This document shows positions 18,382 through 27,731 of a stretch of DNA of 64,000 bases, piece by piece. Made by a program: the position numbers and the translations under genes. The notes under the pieces were generated by a model. The model did not search any database. It was not told the DNA's origin and saw only the letters and a list, made by a program, of their open reading frames with translations. The stretch is from positions 186,001-250,000 of the IMG/VR virus record IMGVR_UViG_3300032334_002567. One strand, given 5' to 3'. Numbering within the stretch: position 1 is the first letter of the stretch; every line of letters starts with the position of its first letter.

Positions 18382-18783
18382 TTAATTATACTGTCCATTG
18401 TTAAATTCCTCTTCAAATTCACTAAAAACTCTGTAATCATAGGTGAGTTCTTCACCACAGAAAATGTCTCTATTTGCAATATCTATTCCTTCTTGCTCTC
18501 CTTCTAAAGCTATATTTTTTACATTGTTCTCGTCAGAATGGTTAAAGAATCTAGTATCGTCTGAGCATAAAATATAGTTCCCGGTAGTTTTACTTATGTA
18601 GGCATATTTTAAGAATTGCTGCCTACTAGTGTTTGATAGCTTCTGTATAAATTCTCTGGGGAATTCTTGGTCAAATTCTTTAACAAATTTCCAAATTATA
18701 GTTCCTTTTTGGATGTTTTCATCTGCAAAACATCCTATCCCATTAATTGAACTCTCTTTTAGTTTTGTCTTAATGTATAACAT
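18382..18783 (-). CDS. SET-domain lysine methyltransferase
   Basis: SSINGIGCFA, RFFNHS, RDIFCGEELTYDY. Confidence 0.9.
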   Translation of the reverse strand: MLYIKTKLKESSINGIGCFADENIQKGTIIWKFVKEFDQEFPREFIQKLSNTSRQQFLKYAYISKTTGNYILCSDDTRFFNHSDENNVKNIALEGEQEGIDIANRDIFCGEELTYDYRVFSEFEEEFNNGQYN

Positions 18784-18785
18784 TT

Positions 18786-19484
18786 TTATAATAACTTTAT
18801 TCTTTTTTCTCTTACCTTGATATGTTTGTAGTCTTTTTTATCTTCTAACGAGATATCAAAGCTTTTTATATTTAAGTTTTTTAATCCATTTTTCCACATA
18901 TCACTACGCCCGGCTTTCTCATTTTCTCTTATTGCTCCATTTTTTATGTGAGCCTTGTACTCAATTGGGTCGTGTATTCTTTTTGTGTGTGGGACACAGT
19001 AAAACCTACCGGGAAACTTTTGGGCCGTTAGTCCCACTCTTTTTACCCGTTCGGCTAGTATATTGTCTTCTGATCCCCAACCCACGCAATTTAAGGGATA
19101 TCCATTTACATCTTCAAAGTGTTCTTTTCTAAAAATTATAACCCCACCCATAAACGAATCTTTGTGTTCCGCATACCCAGATTGACTGCTATATGTACTT
19201 ACATGAACAGGACTATCAGGATAAGAATAATCAGCAATTTCTGGAATAAAGTCTACATCATGAAAGCAATAATAATCTGAGTTTGGAAGCAATAAAAACC
19301 CTAAATTATTGATTAATCCTTTGTTAAATAATTTATTGTCATCTTGTTCGACTACAACTAGTTCAAAGTTATTTGTTTGTTTTGGTATGTATTCTTTGAG
19401 TTTAGGAATGAGTATATTTAAAGCTTTTATTCTATTCCTATAAGGTATTATGACTGATAATTTTTTACTTGCCTGCATAGACAT
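18786..19484 (-). CDS. GT7-like galactosyltransferase
   Basis: IIPYRNR, FNKG, FHDVD, NGYP, GWGSED. Confidence 0.85.
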   Translation of the reverse strand: MSMQASKKLSVIIPYRNRIKALNILIPKLKEYIPKQTNNFELVVVEQDDNKLFNKGLINNLGFLLLPNSDYYCFHDVDFIPEIADYSYPDSPVHVSTYSSQSGYAEHKDSFMGGVIIFRKEHFEDVNGYPLNCVGWGSEDNILAERVKRVGLTAQKFPGRFYCVPHTKRIHDPIEYKAHIKNGAIRENEKAGRSDMWKNGLKNLNIKSFDISLEDKKDYKHIKVREKRIKLL

Positions 19485-19525
19485 AGATATGTAGAATGAA
19501 AAAAATTATAAATTATGTGTGTAAA

Positions 19526-20470
19526 ATGAAAACAATATTAGTTACAGGCGGAGCTGGTTTTATAGCTTCCCACATCACCGATTTCTTGTTGTTAAAAGGA
19601 TACAAAGTTAGAGTTTTAGATAATTTCTATACTGGATTTAAAGAAAACTTAGAACACAACTTTAACAACAGTAATTTTGAATTGTTTGATGGAGACATAA
19701 GAAACATAAATATCGTTAGAGTTGCTTGCCAAGGGGTTGATGCCATTTGCCACCAAGCTGCTTTGGGATCGGTGTTTAGAAGTATAGATGATCCTCTTAC
19801 TTCATATGATATAAACGTCAATGGGTTAATTAATATATTAGTATCTGCCAAAGAAGAAGGCATTAAAAGAATCGTTTATGCTTCTTCCTCTTCTGTTTAC
19901 GGTGATGAACTAACTCTTCCTAGGATGGAATCTAAGATTGGGAACCCTTTGTCCCCATATGCTCATACAAAACTTACGAATGAGATTTCTGCAAAATTAT
20001 TTTGTGATTTATATGGATTAGAATGTATAGGCTTGAGATATTTTAATGTTTTTGGACCGAGACAAAACGCAGGTGGTACATACAACCCTATCATACCCCA
20101 AATAATCACTAGTTTAAGAGACAATAAAGAAATAACAATATACGGAGATGGCTCTTTTACCAGAGACTTTACCTATGTTTCAAACATAGTTGCAGCTAAT
20201 TACCTAGCCATGACCAGTGAAAAAAGAGAAAATTTTGGTCAAGTTTTTAATATAGGATCTGATGGAGAGACATCAATAATAGAATTGTTTGATATTATCA
20301 AGAATATTATGGGGAAAAACTGCAGAATTAACTTCTCTGAAAGTCGTTTGGGAGATATTCCTCATGCTCGTGCTGACATTTCTAAAGCCAAGGATTTATT
20401 AGGTTATGAGCCTGATACTAATTTAATAGACGGATTAAAAAAGACCATAGATTATTATTGCAAAAAATAG
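19526..20470 (+). CDS. NAD-dependent nucleotide-sugar epimerase (WbpP/GalE-like)
   Basis: GGAGFIAS, HQAALGSV, YAHTK, LRYFNVFGPRQ. Confidence 0.92.
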   Translation: MKTILVTGGAGFIASHITDFLLLKGYKVRVLDNFYTGFKENLEHNFNNSNFELFDGDIRNINIVRVACQGVDAICHQAALGSVFRSIDDPLTSYDINVNGLINILVSAKEEGIKRIVYASSSSVYGDELTLPRMESKIGNPLSPYAHTKLTNEISAKLFCDLYGLECIGLRYFNVFGPRQNAGGTYNPIIPQIITSLRDNKEITIYGDGSFTRDFTYVSNIVAANYLAMTSEKRENFGQVFNIGSDGETSIIELFDIIKNIMGKNCRINFSESRLGDIPHARADISKAKDLLGYEPDTNLIDGLKKTIDYYCKK

Positions 20471-20494
20471 ACATAAAATAATATATAATTCATC

Positions 20495-22777
20495 ATGCTT
20501 GGCTTTATTGAATACTTAGAGAATTACAATGAACAACAGCTTTTAGATATTATTCTAGAAGCTGTTGATATTGATTTAAGCAGCGTTGACGGCGAGTGGG
20601 ATAGCGGTCGAAGTAACTTCTATTTTAACGTTCCTGGAGACAATTGCCCAGAGAGTAGAAGAATATATCCTGGAGGAAGATGCTATAAAGTACACATTTA
20701 CGGAGGCGACAGTGTTAGTATCGCTTTTGATAGAGGAGGTAGCTACCAAGATGCTGACGCTGGTGCTGCTTTTAATGCTATAAGAATCATCCTTGCAGCA
20801 ATTGGCGTGTATTTAGAAGAAAAAAAGCCTTCAAAAATAAGTTGGAGTGCTGTTTCAAAAAGCAAAGCTAATAAAGTTACTGGACAAATGCAGAATCCAG
20901 ATGCCAGAGCAAGTATCTACGAAAGATGGGCTAAGAGGCACCTATTTCCAGATAAATATGTTCCTTTGAATCGTGATCATTGGATTTCTAGGGAAAAATA
21001 TGATAACGAATATGTTTCAAATGGATATCCAGCTATTCCTCAAACTATAAACTTGCAGAGTTCTGATCGTGAAAAAACTATTGTTATCAAAGATTTAAAA
21101 GAGAAAGCTGCGGCTGCACGTGAAGAAATCCAAAGAAGAGAAATAGAAGCTAGGGAGAGGGAAGAACAGGAACGTGAACGTGTAAGGACCGAAAGAGCAC
21201 AGGCGGCACAGCAAGACCCAAGGCACAATCCTGAAGGGCTTAAAGTTGATGATTTAATTTATGTGCTTCAAAATAGACAGTATGTTGAAGAAGGTACTAT
21301 AGGAAAAATTACGGGTTTTGATTTCCGTCCTATAGATCCATACGCAGAAGATCGGGGTTATAAGCTTTATGTCAATTTTAAACAACAGGTGTCAGATGGT
21401 TCATTTCGGTCAGACATTTTTAGGTTGCCCGTAGAAAATGTACAAAAAGACACAGAAGAAAGACGCTCTGAAAGAGAAAGACAACGTGTAGCCAAGCTAC
21501 AGGAACTACTTGCTGATCGTAGGAGTAATCCTAACGATATTAAAGTAGGAGATGAAGTTGCCTATCGTTCAAGACGAGGTGACATGAATGTTTTCACCGG
21601 CACAGTAGAAGACCTTAACTTCAAAAAAGAGTATGGCGACTATAAACTTCTGGTTAAAATAAACTGGGATGATTCTTCAAAAATTTCCATGAGTCATGCA
21701 AACATTGAGTTTGATAACTATGTCAATTTAGAAAATGTATCTAAAGCATCTGTTTATAAAGACAAACTAGCTAGTCTAATATCAGATAGAACTGCCAATC
21801 CAAATGGAATTAAGGTAGGAGATCAGGTAATAACTTTTTTGGCGAGTGATCCAACACATCGACACAATGGTATGGTTGGAAAAGTAAGAGAAATGATGTA
21901 TCAAGAAGGTTATAATTGGAGCGGTACAGCAAATGACTACAAGCTACTTGCATTTGTTGATTGGGATGAAAGATCCGCAACTTCTTTAGGCCCTAATCAG
22001 AACAGGGCTGTAGATGCAAAAAGCCTCATCCTAAACAATTCAGATGTTAACAACCGTATTCAGGCTGCTACAAGAGGGCATCAAGTTCAACAGCAAGTTG
22101 ATAGAAACAGAGAAAGACACGAAAGAAGACTACGAGATGATGAAGAGTTAAGACGAAGTCAGGAGTCTGGAATAAGCTCTCAGACGCCAGAAGAACTAGA
22201 AAGATTAGTCAATCATCCATCTAATCCACAAAAAATTAGACCTGGCGATTTCGTCAAAGTTGTTAATCACTGGAGAAGAGGCCTAAGAAATAAAAAAGGT
22301 GTAGTCGTAGGCCTATACAGTTACACTTATGATCGAGATATAATATATGTAAAAATAAAGATACATAGGTCTGATAGATCTGCTACAACCCTTCAAATTT
22401 CAAACGTAGAGAGAGACACATCAGCTACAGCAGCCAGAATACAGAATAGACAAGCTAGAAGAGATTCTGTGAGTGCTCTTTCTAGAGGCTTTAATATTGG
22501 AGATAGAGTAAAGGTAACAAGAGGAAGATACAATCAAAGAACAGGTAGGATATTAAACTTCCGACTAACCGCTAGTGATGCTTTGTCTGCGATAATCGTG
22601 TCAGACCAAGGTACAACCGGCGTAGACGGGACACACCAGCCTTTTCCGAATTTTAGTGTTAATGTTAATTTTATTGAAAGTTTACAGGGAACACCAACAC
22701 AGCCGTCTAATCATGGCCTACCAGAAAACAATTTAACTTTTTCTGATTACTTAAGAATAGTTGAAAGTTTTAGTTAA
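20495..22777 (+). CDS. Large protein with head-targeting-like leader and about five KOW/SH3-like repeats
   Basis: MLGFIEYLE; repeats NPxxxK[VP]GD.V and FNIGDRVKVTRGRY. Confidence 0.7.
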   Translation: MLGFIEYLENYNEQQLLDIILEAVDIDLSSVDGEWDSGRSNFYFNVPGDNCPESRRIYPGGRCYKVHIYGGDSVSIAFDRGGSYQDADAGAAFNAIRIILAAIGVYLEEKKPSKISWSAVSKSKANKVTGQMQNPDARASIYERWAKRHLFPDKYVPLNRDHWISREKYDNEYVSNGYPAIPQTINLQSSDREKTIVIKDLKEKAAAAREEIQRREIEAREREEQERERVRTERAQAAQQDPRHNPEGLKVDDLIYVLQNRQYVEEGTIGKITGFDFRPIDPYAEDRGYKLYVNFKQQVSDGSFRSDIFRLPVENVQKDTEERRSERERQRVAKLQELLADRRSNPNDIKVGDEVAYRSRRGDMNVFTGTVEDLNFKKEYGDYKLLVKINWDDSSKISMSHANIEFDNYVNLENVSKASVYKDKLASLISDRTANPNGIKVGDQVITFLASDPTHRHNGMVGKVREMMYQEGYNWSGTANDYKLLAFVDWDERSATSLGPNQNRAVDAKSLILNNSDVNNRIQAATRGHQVQQQVDRNRERHERRLRDDEELRRSQESGISSQTPEELERLVNHPSNPQKIRPGDFVKVVNHWRRGLRNKKGVVVGLYSYTYDRDIIYVKIKIHRSDRSATTLQISNVERDTSATAARIQNRQARRDSVSALSRGFNIGDRVKVTRGRYNQRTGRILNFRLTASDALSAIIVSDQGTTGVDGTHQPFPNFSVNVNFIESLQGTPTQPSNHGLPENNLTFSDYLRIVESFS

Positions 22778-22970
22778 TTTTACAAATTGTTATAATTGCA
22801 CCTATGAATTTTTCTACTTCTTCTTTTTTGACTTTCTTTTTAACTCGATTAAACTTAAAGTTATTTTTGTCTTGTTCAACTTCTGTATAAGTTATTTGGT
22901 AACCTCCATCTTGGGGGTCAGCATGAATTTCGACATCGGGATACTGATCAAATATGCTTATGATATTCAT
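22770..22970 (-). CDS. Hypothetical protein
   Basis: ATGA overlap with the upstream gene. Confidence 0.55.
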   Translation of the reverse strand: MNIISIFDQYPDVEIHADPQDGGYQITYTEVEQDKNNFKFNRVKKKVKKEEVEKFIGAIITICKIN

Positions 22971-23227
22971 AGTTTTATTTCTTTTAGCATTCTATCACAC
23001 TCTGCTTGTATTCGAAGCATTTGAAAAACTATTAATCCACAAAATATTGCTCCATTTTTATCTTTGGTGGTTTTGGAAAAATTTTTAATCCAAAAAGATA
23101 AAACAGGGTTTTCTTCATCTAGTTTCTTCATTTGTTCTTTAATATAAGCCTTATCTTGCCGCCCAGTTAACGCTCTTTCTATAGATGCTCCGATTTCTGG
23201 ACGTACTTTTGGTAAAAGATTCTTCAT
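22967..23227 (-). CDS. Hypothetical protein
   Basis: AGGAG RBS before MKNLLPK. Confidence 0.65.
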   Translation of the reverse strand: MKNLLPKVRPEIGASIERALTGRQDKAYIKEQMKKLDEENPVLSFWIKNFSKTTKDKNGAIFCGLIVFQMLRIQAECDRMLKEIKL

Positions 23228-23314
23228 AATTTTCTCCTGTGCAATAATATTATATGACAGGCTTTTCTCGTTCAATAGCAATAATTTAATTTTGTGGATC
23301 ATAAATATTAAAAG

Positions 23315-24196
23315 ATGAAATATAAAATATCTTTAGAATTCAACTGCAATCTAGACACAGACATATCAGAAAAAGAAGTTCAAAGTTTTTTTGAATCTAA
23401 TTTTGCTTCAATAAATGGTGCTTTTGATAAGAAGCTGAACATAAAAATAGGCAAAATAGACAAGATCGAAAGAATAAAATTAGGAGAATTTTCTGTAAAT
23501 GATGTGCTCTCTAATTTGTCTAAAACTAAAAAGGATTATGAATGCAATGGTCAAATTTACTGTGTGAAAATGAATTCTCACAGGTACTTTATGTTTAAAG
23601 AAAATAGGTTTTGTGTTTGCTGTGGAATAGAAGGAACTAAAATGTTCTTGGAGTGTCACAAGGCAGATATGACGCCACACTTTAACTTGTATGGCGAAAC
23701 TAAAGATGGATTAGTTTTAATGACAAAAGACCATATTCAGGCTAGGGCTTTAACAGGAGAAGATAGGCACTCGAACTACCAAACAATGTGCTCTGTTTGT
23801 AATAATTTAAAAGCACATACATCTTTGACGCTTGATTCTTTAAAAAGCTTGCGAGTGCTTTATGACGATAACAAAAATAATTTAGGCAAAAAGGCTCTAC
23901 ACATTTTGTTGGAAGAGGCAAAGACAAATCTAAAGAAATCAACAAGAGATACAAGCCAAAAGAATAAAACCAAAGAATCAGTCTTTACAAATTGTGATAT
24001 AAATTGCTACATCGATAAAGGGGATATTTTTGGCAAGTTTGTTTATGATTTAGCTGTGGGTAAGAAGCAAATAGGTTGTATAAAAAAAGGAACGCAGCTT
24101 GAACCTTTAGTTGAGTGCAAAAATAAAATCATATGCAAGCTCACAGACACAGAAGCCATATCTCTGGATAAACATCTGGTTGGTTCAAAAAATTGA
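23315..24196 (+). CDS. HNH endonuclease-domain protein
   Basis: CVCCG...TKDHI...NYQTMCSVCNNLK. Confidence 0.8.
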   Translation: MKYKISLEFNCNLDTDISEKEVQSFFESNFASINGAFDKKLNIKIGKIDKIERIKLGEFSVNDVLSNLSKTKKDYECNGQIYCVKMNSHRYFMFKENRFCVCCGIEGTKMFLECHKADMTPHFNLYGETKDGLVLMTKDHIQARALTGEDRHSNYQTMCSVCNNLKAHTSLTLDSLKSLRVLYDDNKNNLGKKALHILLEEAKTNLKKSTRDTSQKNKTKESVFTNCDINCYIDKGDIFGKFVYDLAVGKKQIGCIKKGTQLEPLVECKNKIICKLTDTEAISLDKHLVGSKN

Positions 24197-24234
24197 ATTT
24201 GAATAATACATATATTGAACAAATAAGGAGGAAC

Positions 24235-24765
24235 ATGGCATTAGAACAATGGGAGATTGATCTTAGAAATCAATTAAATGGAGTTCAAGGGACTGTTAGT
24301 TTGGAAACTCCCCAGGAAGTAGTTGTTGAGGAAGCGGTTGTTAAACAGACAAGTGATTTAGCTCTTTACTTTGCTTTGGGTTGTTTTTTACTAGTTGCTT
24401 CTCTTCTTCTTTTGGACTTTAAGACTAATTTTATTTCTAATCTTGTAAGAAAAGATAACATGGTGGAAATTAAAGTTGATGACGAAATTCTCGCAGGAGC
24501 TGCATCTAACTCAAATGCTGCTCCAAATCTAATTCTTGAGGAAATAGACTCTTTAAAGAAAAGGGTTAAATCACATGGAGATAAAATTTTTCTTTTAGGT
24601 GTAGTTTCAAATGAAAATTCAACTATTTCCAAATATAATGGCAATAAGAAAGAAATGATATCTATTAACAAAGATTGGACGCTTAGTAGAAAGCCTACTC
24701 ATTTGTCTTTCACACAAGAAGATATGACGTACTTAGACAGTCTTCAGGGCAAGTTTAAAAACTAG
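24235..24765 (+). CDS. Single-pass membrane protein
   Basis: AAGGAGG RBS; hydrophobic segment LALYFALGCFLLVASLLLL. Confidence 0.65.
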   Translation: MALEQWEIDLRNQLNGVQGTVSLETPQEVVVEEAVVKQTSDLALYFALGCFLLVASLLLLDFKTNFISNLVRKDNMVEIKVDDEILAGAASNSNAAPNLILEEIDSLKKRVKSHGDKIFLLGVVSNENSTISKYNGNKKEMISINKDWTLSRKPTHLSFTQEDMTYLDSLQGKFKN

Positions 24766-25451
24766 TATATATTATTTGGTGTGTAGCTGTAACCGTTTGA
24801 GCATATTATTTTCTCTATAACTTTTGTGATGCAGTATGCTGTTTCTGAGGCTATGGATTCTTCACTTCTTAATTCGTGAACAATTTCTATTTGCATAGAT
24901 TGAACCTTGGGTTCAAAATACCATTTTCTAAATAGTTGGTTCATATTGTTCTTACCCCAACCAGAAAACTTTCCTCCGCTAGACCCCTCGTAGACTTTTA
25001 CTCCTAGTCCTTCCATTAAGTGTATGAACATATTTTTTCTCCAAAGGTCACAACTGAGACTTTGTGGGTAGCCTTCTCCATAGCCAACTACCATATCCAT
25101 TTTAGGATCATTTGCTATTAGTCTATGTCGATTTGACATGCCATGTATATGAAACATACAAACTATTGAATTCTTTTGTATTAGTTTATCTTTATAGCGA
25201 ATTATTGGATCTAAGAATTCTTCTTTTACAACGTCTTCATGGCAATGATTTACATTATTACAATCTGCTTTGTCTTTCATGAAATCTACCGATACACCAC
25301 GTTCCCAACCCAAGTTGATTACAGCACAGGCTTTTAGGTTTTTTGCAACAATTTCCGCAATAAACGCTGTTTTTTCGTCATCACCGTCAAATCCATGTGG
25401 GGCCACTATTATGACCGGTGTGTTCCCAGATATAGTTCTTACTCTTTCCAT
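24762..25451 (-). CDS. Zn-dependent amidohydrolase, N-formylglutamate amidohydrolase/poly-gamma-glutamate hydrolase-like
   Basis: APHG...D, HIHG, QIEI. Confidence 0.6.
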   Translation of the reverse strand: MERVRTISGNTPVIIVAPHGFDGDDEKTAFIAEIVAKNLKACAVINLGWERGVSVDFMKDKADCNNVNHCHEDVVKEEFLDPIIRYKDKLIQKNSIVCMFHIHGMSNRHRLIANDPKMDMVVGYGEGYPQSLSCDLWRKNMFIHLMEGLGVKVYEGSSGGKFSGWGKNNMNQLFRKWYFEPKVQSMQIEIVHELRSEESIASETAYCITKVIEKIICSNGYSYTPNNIY

Positions 25452-25489
25452 AATAAAATTTTGCTTTCTTCTCCCATATATAAGAGTCT

Positions 25490-25639
25490 ATGGGGCAAAA
25501 TCACAAATTAATTAGAATTAATCTCTCTGAGGCGTCACCCCAACAAGTTTCTGACTGGCTTTCTGCGATAAAAAAGCTACTGGCACAAAAAAAAGTATGG
25601 GTAAGAGCTAAAAAACCAAAATTAGCAAAATCCGTTTAA
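25490..25639 (+). CDS. Small basic protein (49 aa; missing from the ORF track)
   Basis: Manual translation MGQNHKLIRINLSEASPQQVSDWLSAIKKLL...; TATATA at 25477. Confidence 0.4.
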   Translation: MGQNHKLIRINLSEASPQQVSDWLSAIKKLLAQKKVWVRAKKPKLAKSV

Positions 25640-25739
25640 CCTATTGAGCATTTTTAAATTAGGTTTCATATTGCCAATTTCAATTTAGACCTAGACTAAT
25701 TTTAAGTTTGTCCAAATGCAAAATTTAGACGGCAAATTG

Positions 25740-25786
25740 ATTGTACCCTATAAGGGTGTTGACACTAGGATTGAAGGTGGTATGCT
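25740..25786 (+). promoter_or_regulatory. Shared 22-bp box overlapping TTGACA-N16-TATGCT promoter
   Basis: ATTGTACCCTATAAGGGTGTTG, 20/22 identical to the box at 12761. Confidence 0.7.
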
Positions 25787-25842
25787 AGTGAAATCTAGTC
25801 CACTTCTAAAGCAAGGATGCACTTTAACCCGTTGGAGAACAA

Positions 25843-26859
25843 ATGCTAAAGAGCCAGATCAACCATCGTGACCTTTCCATCGAAGAAAAGCTGTCTTTGA
25901 AGCAAAAGCTTCTTGGTGTTACGGCTCTTTTGACGAAGTGGTCAGCATACTACCCAGACCATCCAATGACAGAATTGAAGAATGAAATTTTTCGTGGCGT
26001 GAAGAATCCTTTCGGCAAAATTCCAGAAGCCGAGCTTGAACAGTTTTGGCAAGATCAAAAAGTCATCATGGATTTTCAGACAAAGATACTCCCAGAATTT
26101 GGAGTGACTGCCGAGATTGCTTTGTTAGAGTCATTCATGAAGGCTTGCTACAAAGAAGCAAGACGATGGGCCAGGCGTGTTTCCTCTTCATTGAATCTAA
26201 TTTTTGAAGATGCTTTTGAAGACTTGTTGCAAGACGCCTACAAATCTGTTCTTAGTTCGATGTATTATTTCACAGAATCTGACAAAGAAGTTTCTACCTA
26301 TGTGATTGGGTCTTTAAGAAAAAGTTTAGAGAGAGCCACCAGATACGATTACTGTAAACTTTCTCCAGTAAACCCAGACGATTTAAAGTTGCTTTACACA
26401 TACAACAAAGAAAGCATGGCAGAGGGCAGGACTTTTGAAGAAATTGTTTCAATAATGGGACTGAGTGAAGAACAGGTCGCAATTTTGTCCGATGTAATTC
26501 GTCCCGTAAAAAGGGAAGCAATCGTAACAAGCCATGACAAGGAAGTTAGAACGCTTGAACTTGTGCCATGCAAGAGAAACGATTCAGAAAGTGAATGTCT
26601 TGAGACCTTTTCTTTAATTAAGAGTTTTCTAGACCCTTCGTATGATAGTGTTTTGAATTTGACTGAAGAAGAAAAGAAGGTAATCAGGGCTGGTATGGAT
26701 AACAATTTTGCTAGAGGCTGGCAGTCTAGCTTTGCTGCTACTTCCTTGAGTCCCAACACAGGCAGACCTTATACCCGTCAAAGAGTTGGACAGTTGTTTG
26801 ATTCTGCGTCCTCAAAAATCAAGCCCTTGCTGCTTCAGAAGGCTAGAGGTGTTGCATGA
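25843..26859 (+). CDS. Divergent sigma-70-like factor
   Basis: EDLLQDA...VSTYVIGSLR (region 2), TFEEIVSIMGLSEEQV (region 3), LTEEEKKVI...TRQRVGQL (region 4). Confidence 0.7.
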   Translation: MLKSQINHRDLSIEEKLSLKQKLLGVTALLTKWSAYYPDHPMTELKNEIFRGVKNPFGKIPEAELEQFWQDQKVIMDFQTKILPEFGVTAEIALLESFMKACYKEARRWARRVSSSLNLIFEDAFEDLLQDAYKSVLSSMYYFTESDKEVSTYVIGSLRKSLERATRYDYCKLSPVNPDDLKLLYTYNKESMAEGRTFEEIVSIMGLSEEQVAILSDVIRPVKREAIVTSHDKEVRTLELVPCKRNDSESECLETFSLIKSFLDPSYDSVLNLTEEEKKVIRAGMDNNFARGWQSSFAATSLSPNTGRPYTRQRVGQLFDSASSKIKPLLLQKARGVA

Positions 26860-27719
26860 ACAATATTGATGTAGCAAAACAATTCCGTGATTTAAATTAT
26901 AACGGTAAAAATCAGTTGGTTAAAGATTTTATCAATAGTAGAGAGCAACTAGGAAAAAACGAATTTAGACTTAGCAAGAGCGTTTTCAACCCAGTTGTTG
27001 TTGCAAAAAGTAAAGAAGATGAGATTTTAAGCATCGTTTCTGCTCCCAATTGTGATAAAAGAGAGGCACTATATGCAGCAGAAGTTTTAAATTTGCTTTT
27101 CAATCCAGATGGCTTGATCCTTTTTTTTGATGGCAATATTAAAAATGGACCTTTGTTGCAAAAAGAGTGCATCATTTCTTGTGAGTGCAACAAGGACTGT
27201 GCAACGAGAGTCGAAATTCTGCCTTATAACTTTAGTCAAGGAAACATTGAATGGGGTGAAATCCCAGACAATACAGTTCAAGGTGCCGGTGGTGCCATTG
27301 TAGATCACCTTAAAAAGACAATGAAGGTAAAGAGAGATCCCAAACCCCTTCACTTTTGCAAGGCGGCTTTTTCTAACTTAGCTTCTATGGGGTTTTTTGT
27401 CGAAGAATTTATTTCCAGAAAAGAATATAAAGACAAAAAAGCATACTTTAATTCTAAGGCTTTTATTGAAGAGGCGGAACAACTTGGTGTGCCAAGTTCA
27501 GCTATGTCTTGTTTACAGATTGCTTTTGATAACTTGGGAACAACAATGTTCAGAGATTTGCTTGAAAAAGCAATGCAGTCTTGTCCACAAATTACACAGG
27601 CTTTTAAAGTTGATCCGGGTCAAGAAAGATTGTTTGCTTGCTTTGTGGAAAAGAAGATATTTGATTGCGACTATACTGATTACGTTTCTTACGCCAACGA
27701 TTGCTATAAGTGGAATTAG
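26856..27719 (+). CDS. Hypothetical protein
   Basis: ATGA-coupled to the sigma-like gene. Confidence 0.7.
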   Translation: MNNIDVAKQFRDLNYNGKNQLVKDFINSREQLGKNEFRLSKSVFNPVVVAKSKEDEILSIVSAPNCDKREALYAAEVLNLLFNPDGLILFFDGNIKNGPLLQKECIISCECNKDCATRVEILPYNFSQGNIEWGEIPDNTVQGAGGAIVDHLKKTMKVKRDPKPLHFCKAAFSNLASMGFFVEEFISRKEYKDKKAYFNSKAFIEEAEQLGVPSSAMSCLQIAFDNLGTTMFRDLLEKAMQSCPQITQAFKVDPGQERLFACFVEKKIFDCDYTDYVSYANDCYKWN

Positions 27720-27731
27720 AGGAGAATAACA

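Noticed and set aside
23315-24196. Intron- or intein-associated homing element
   Set aside because: HNH genes here and at 44277 are free-standing; no interrupted host gene seen
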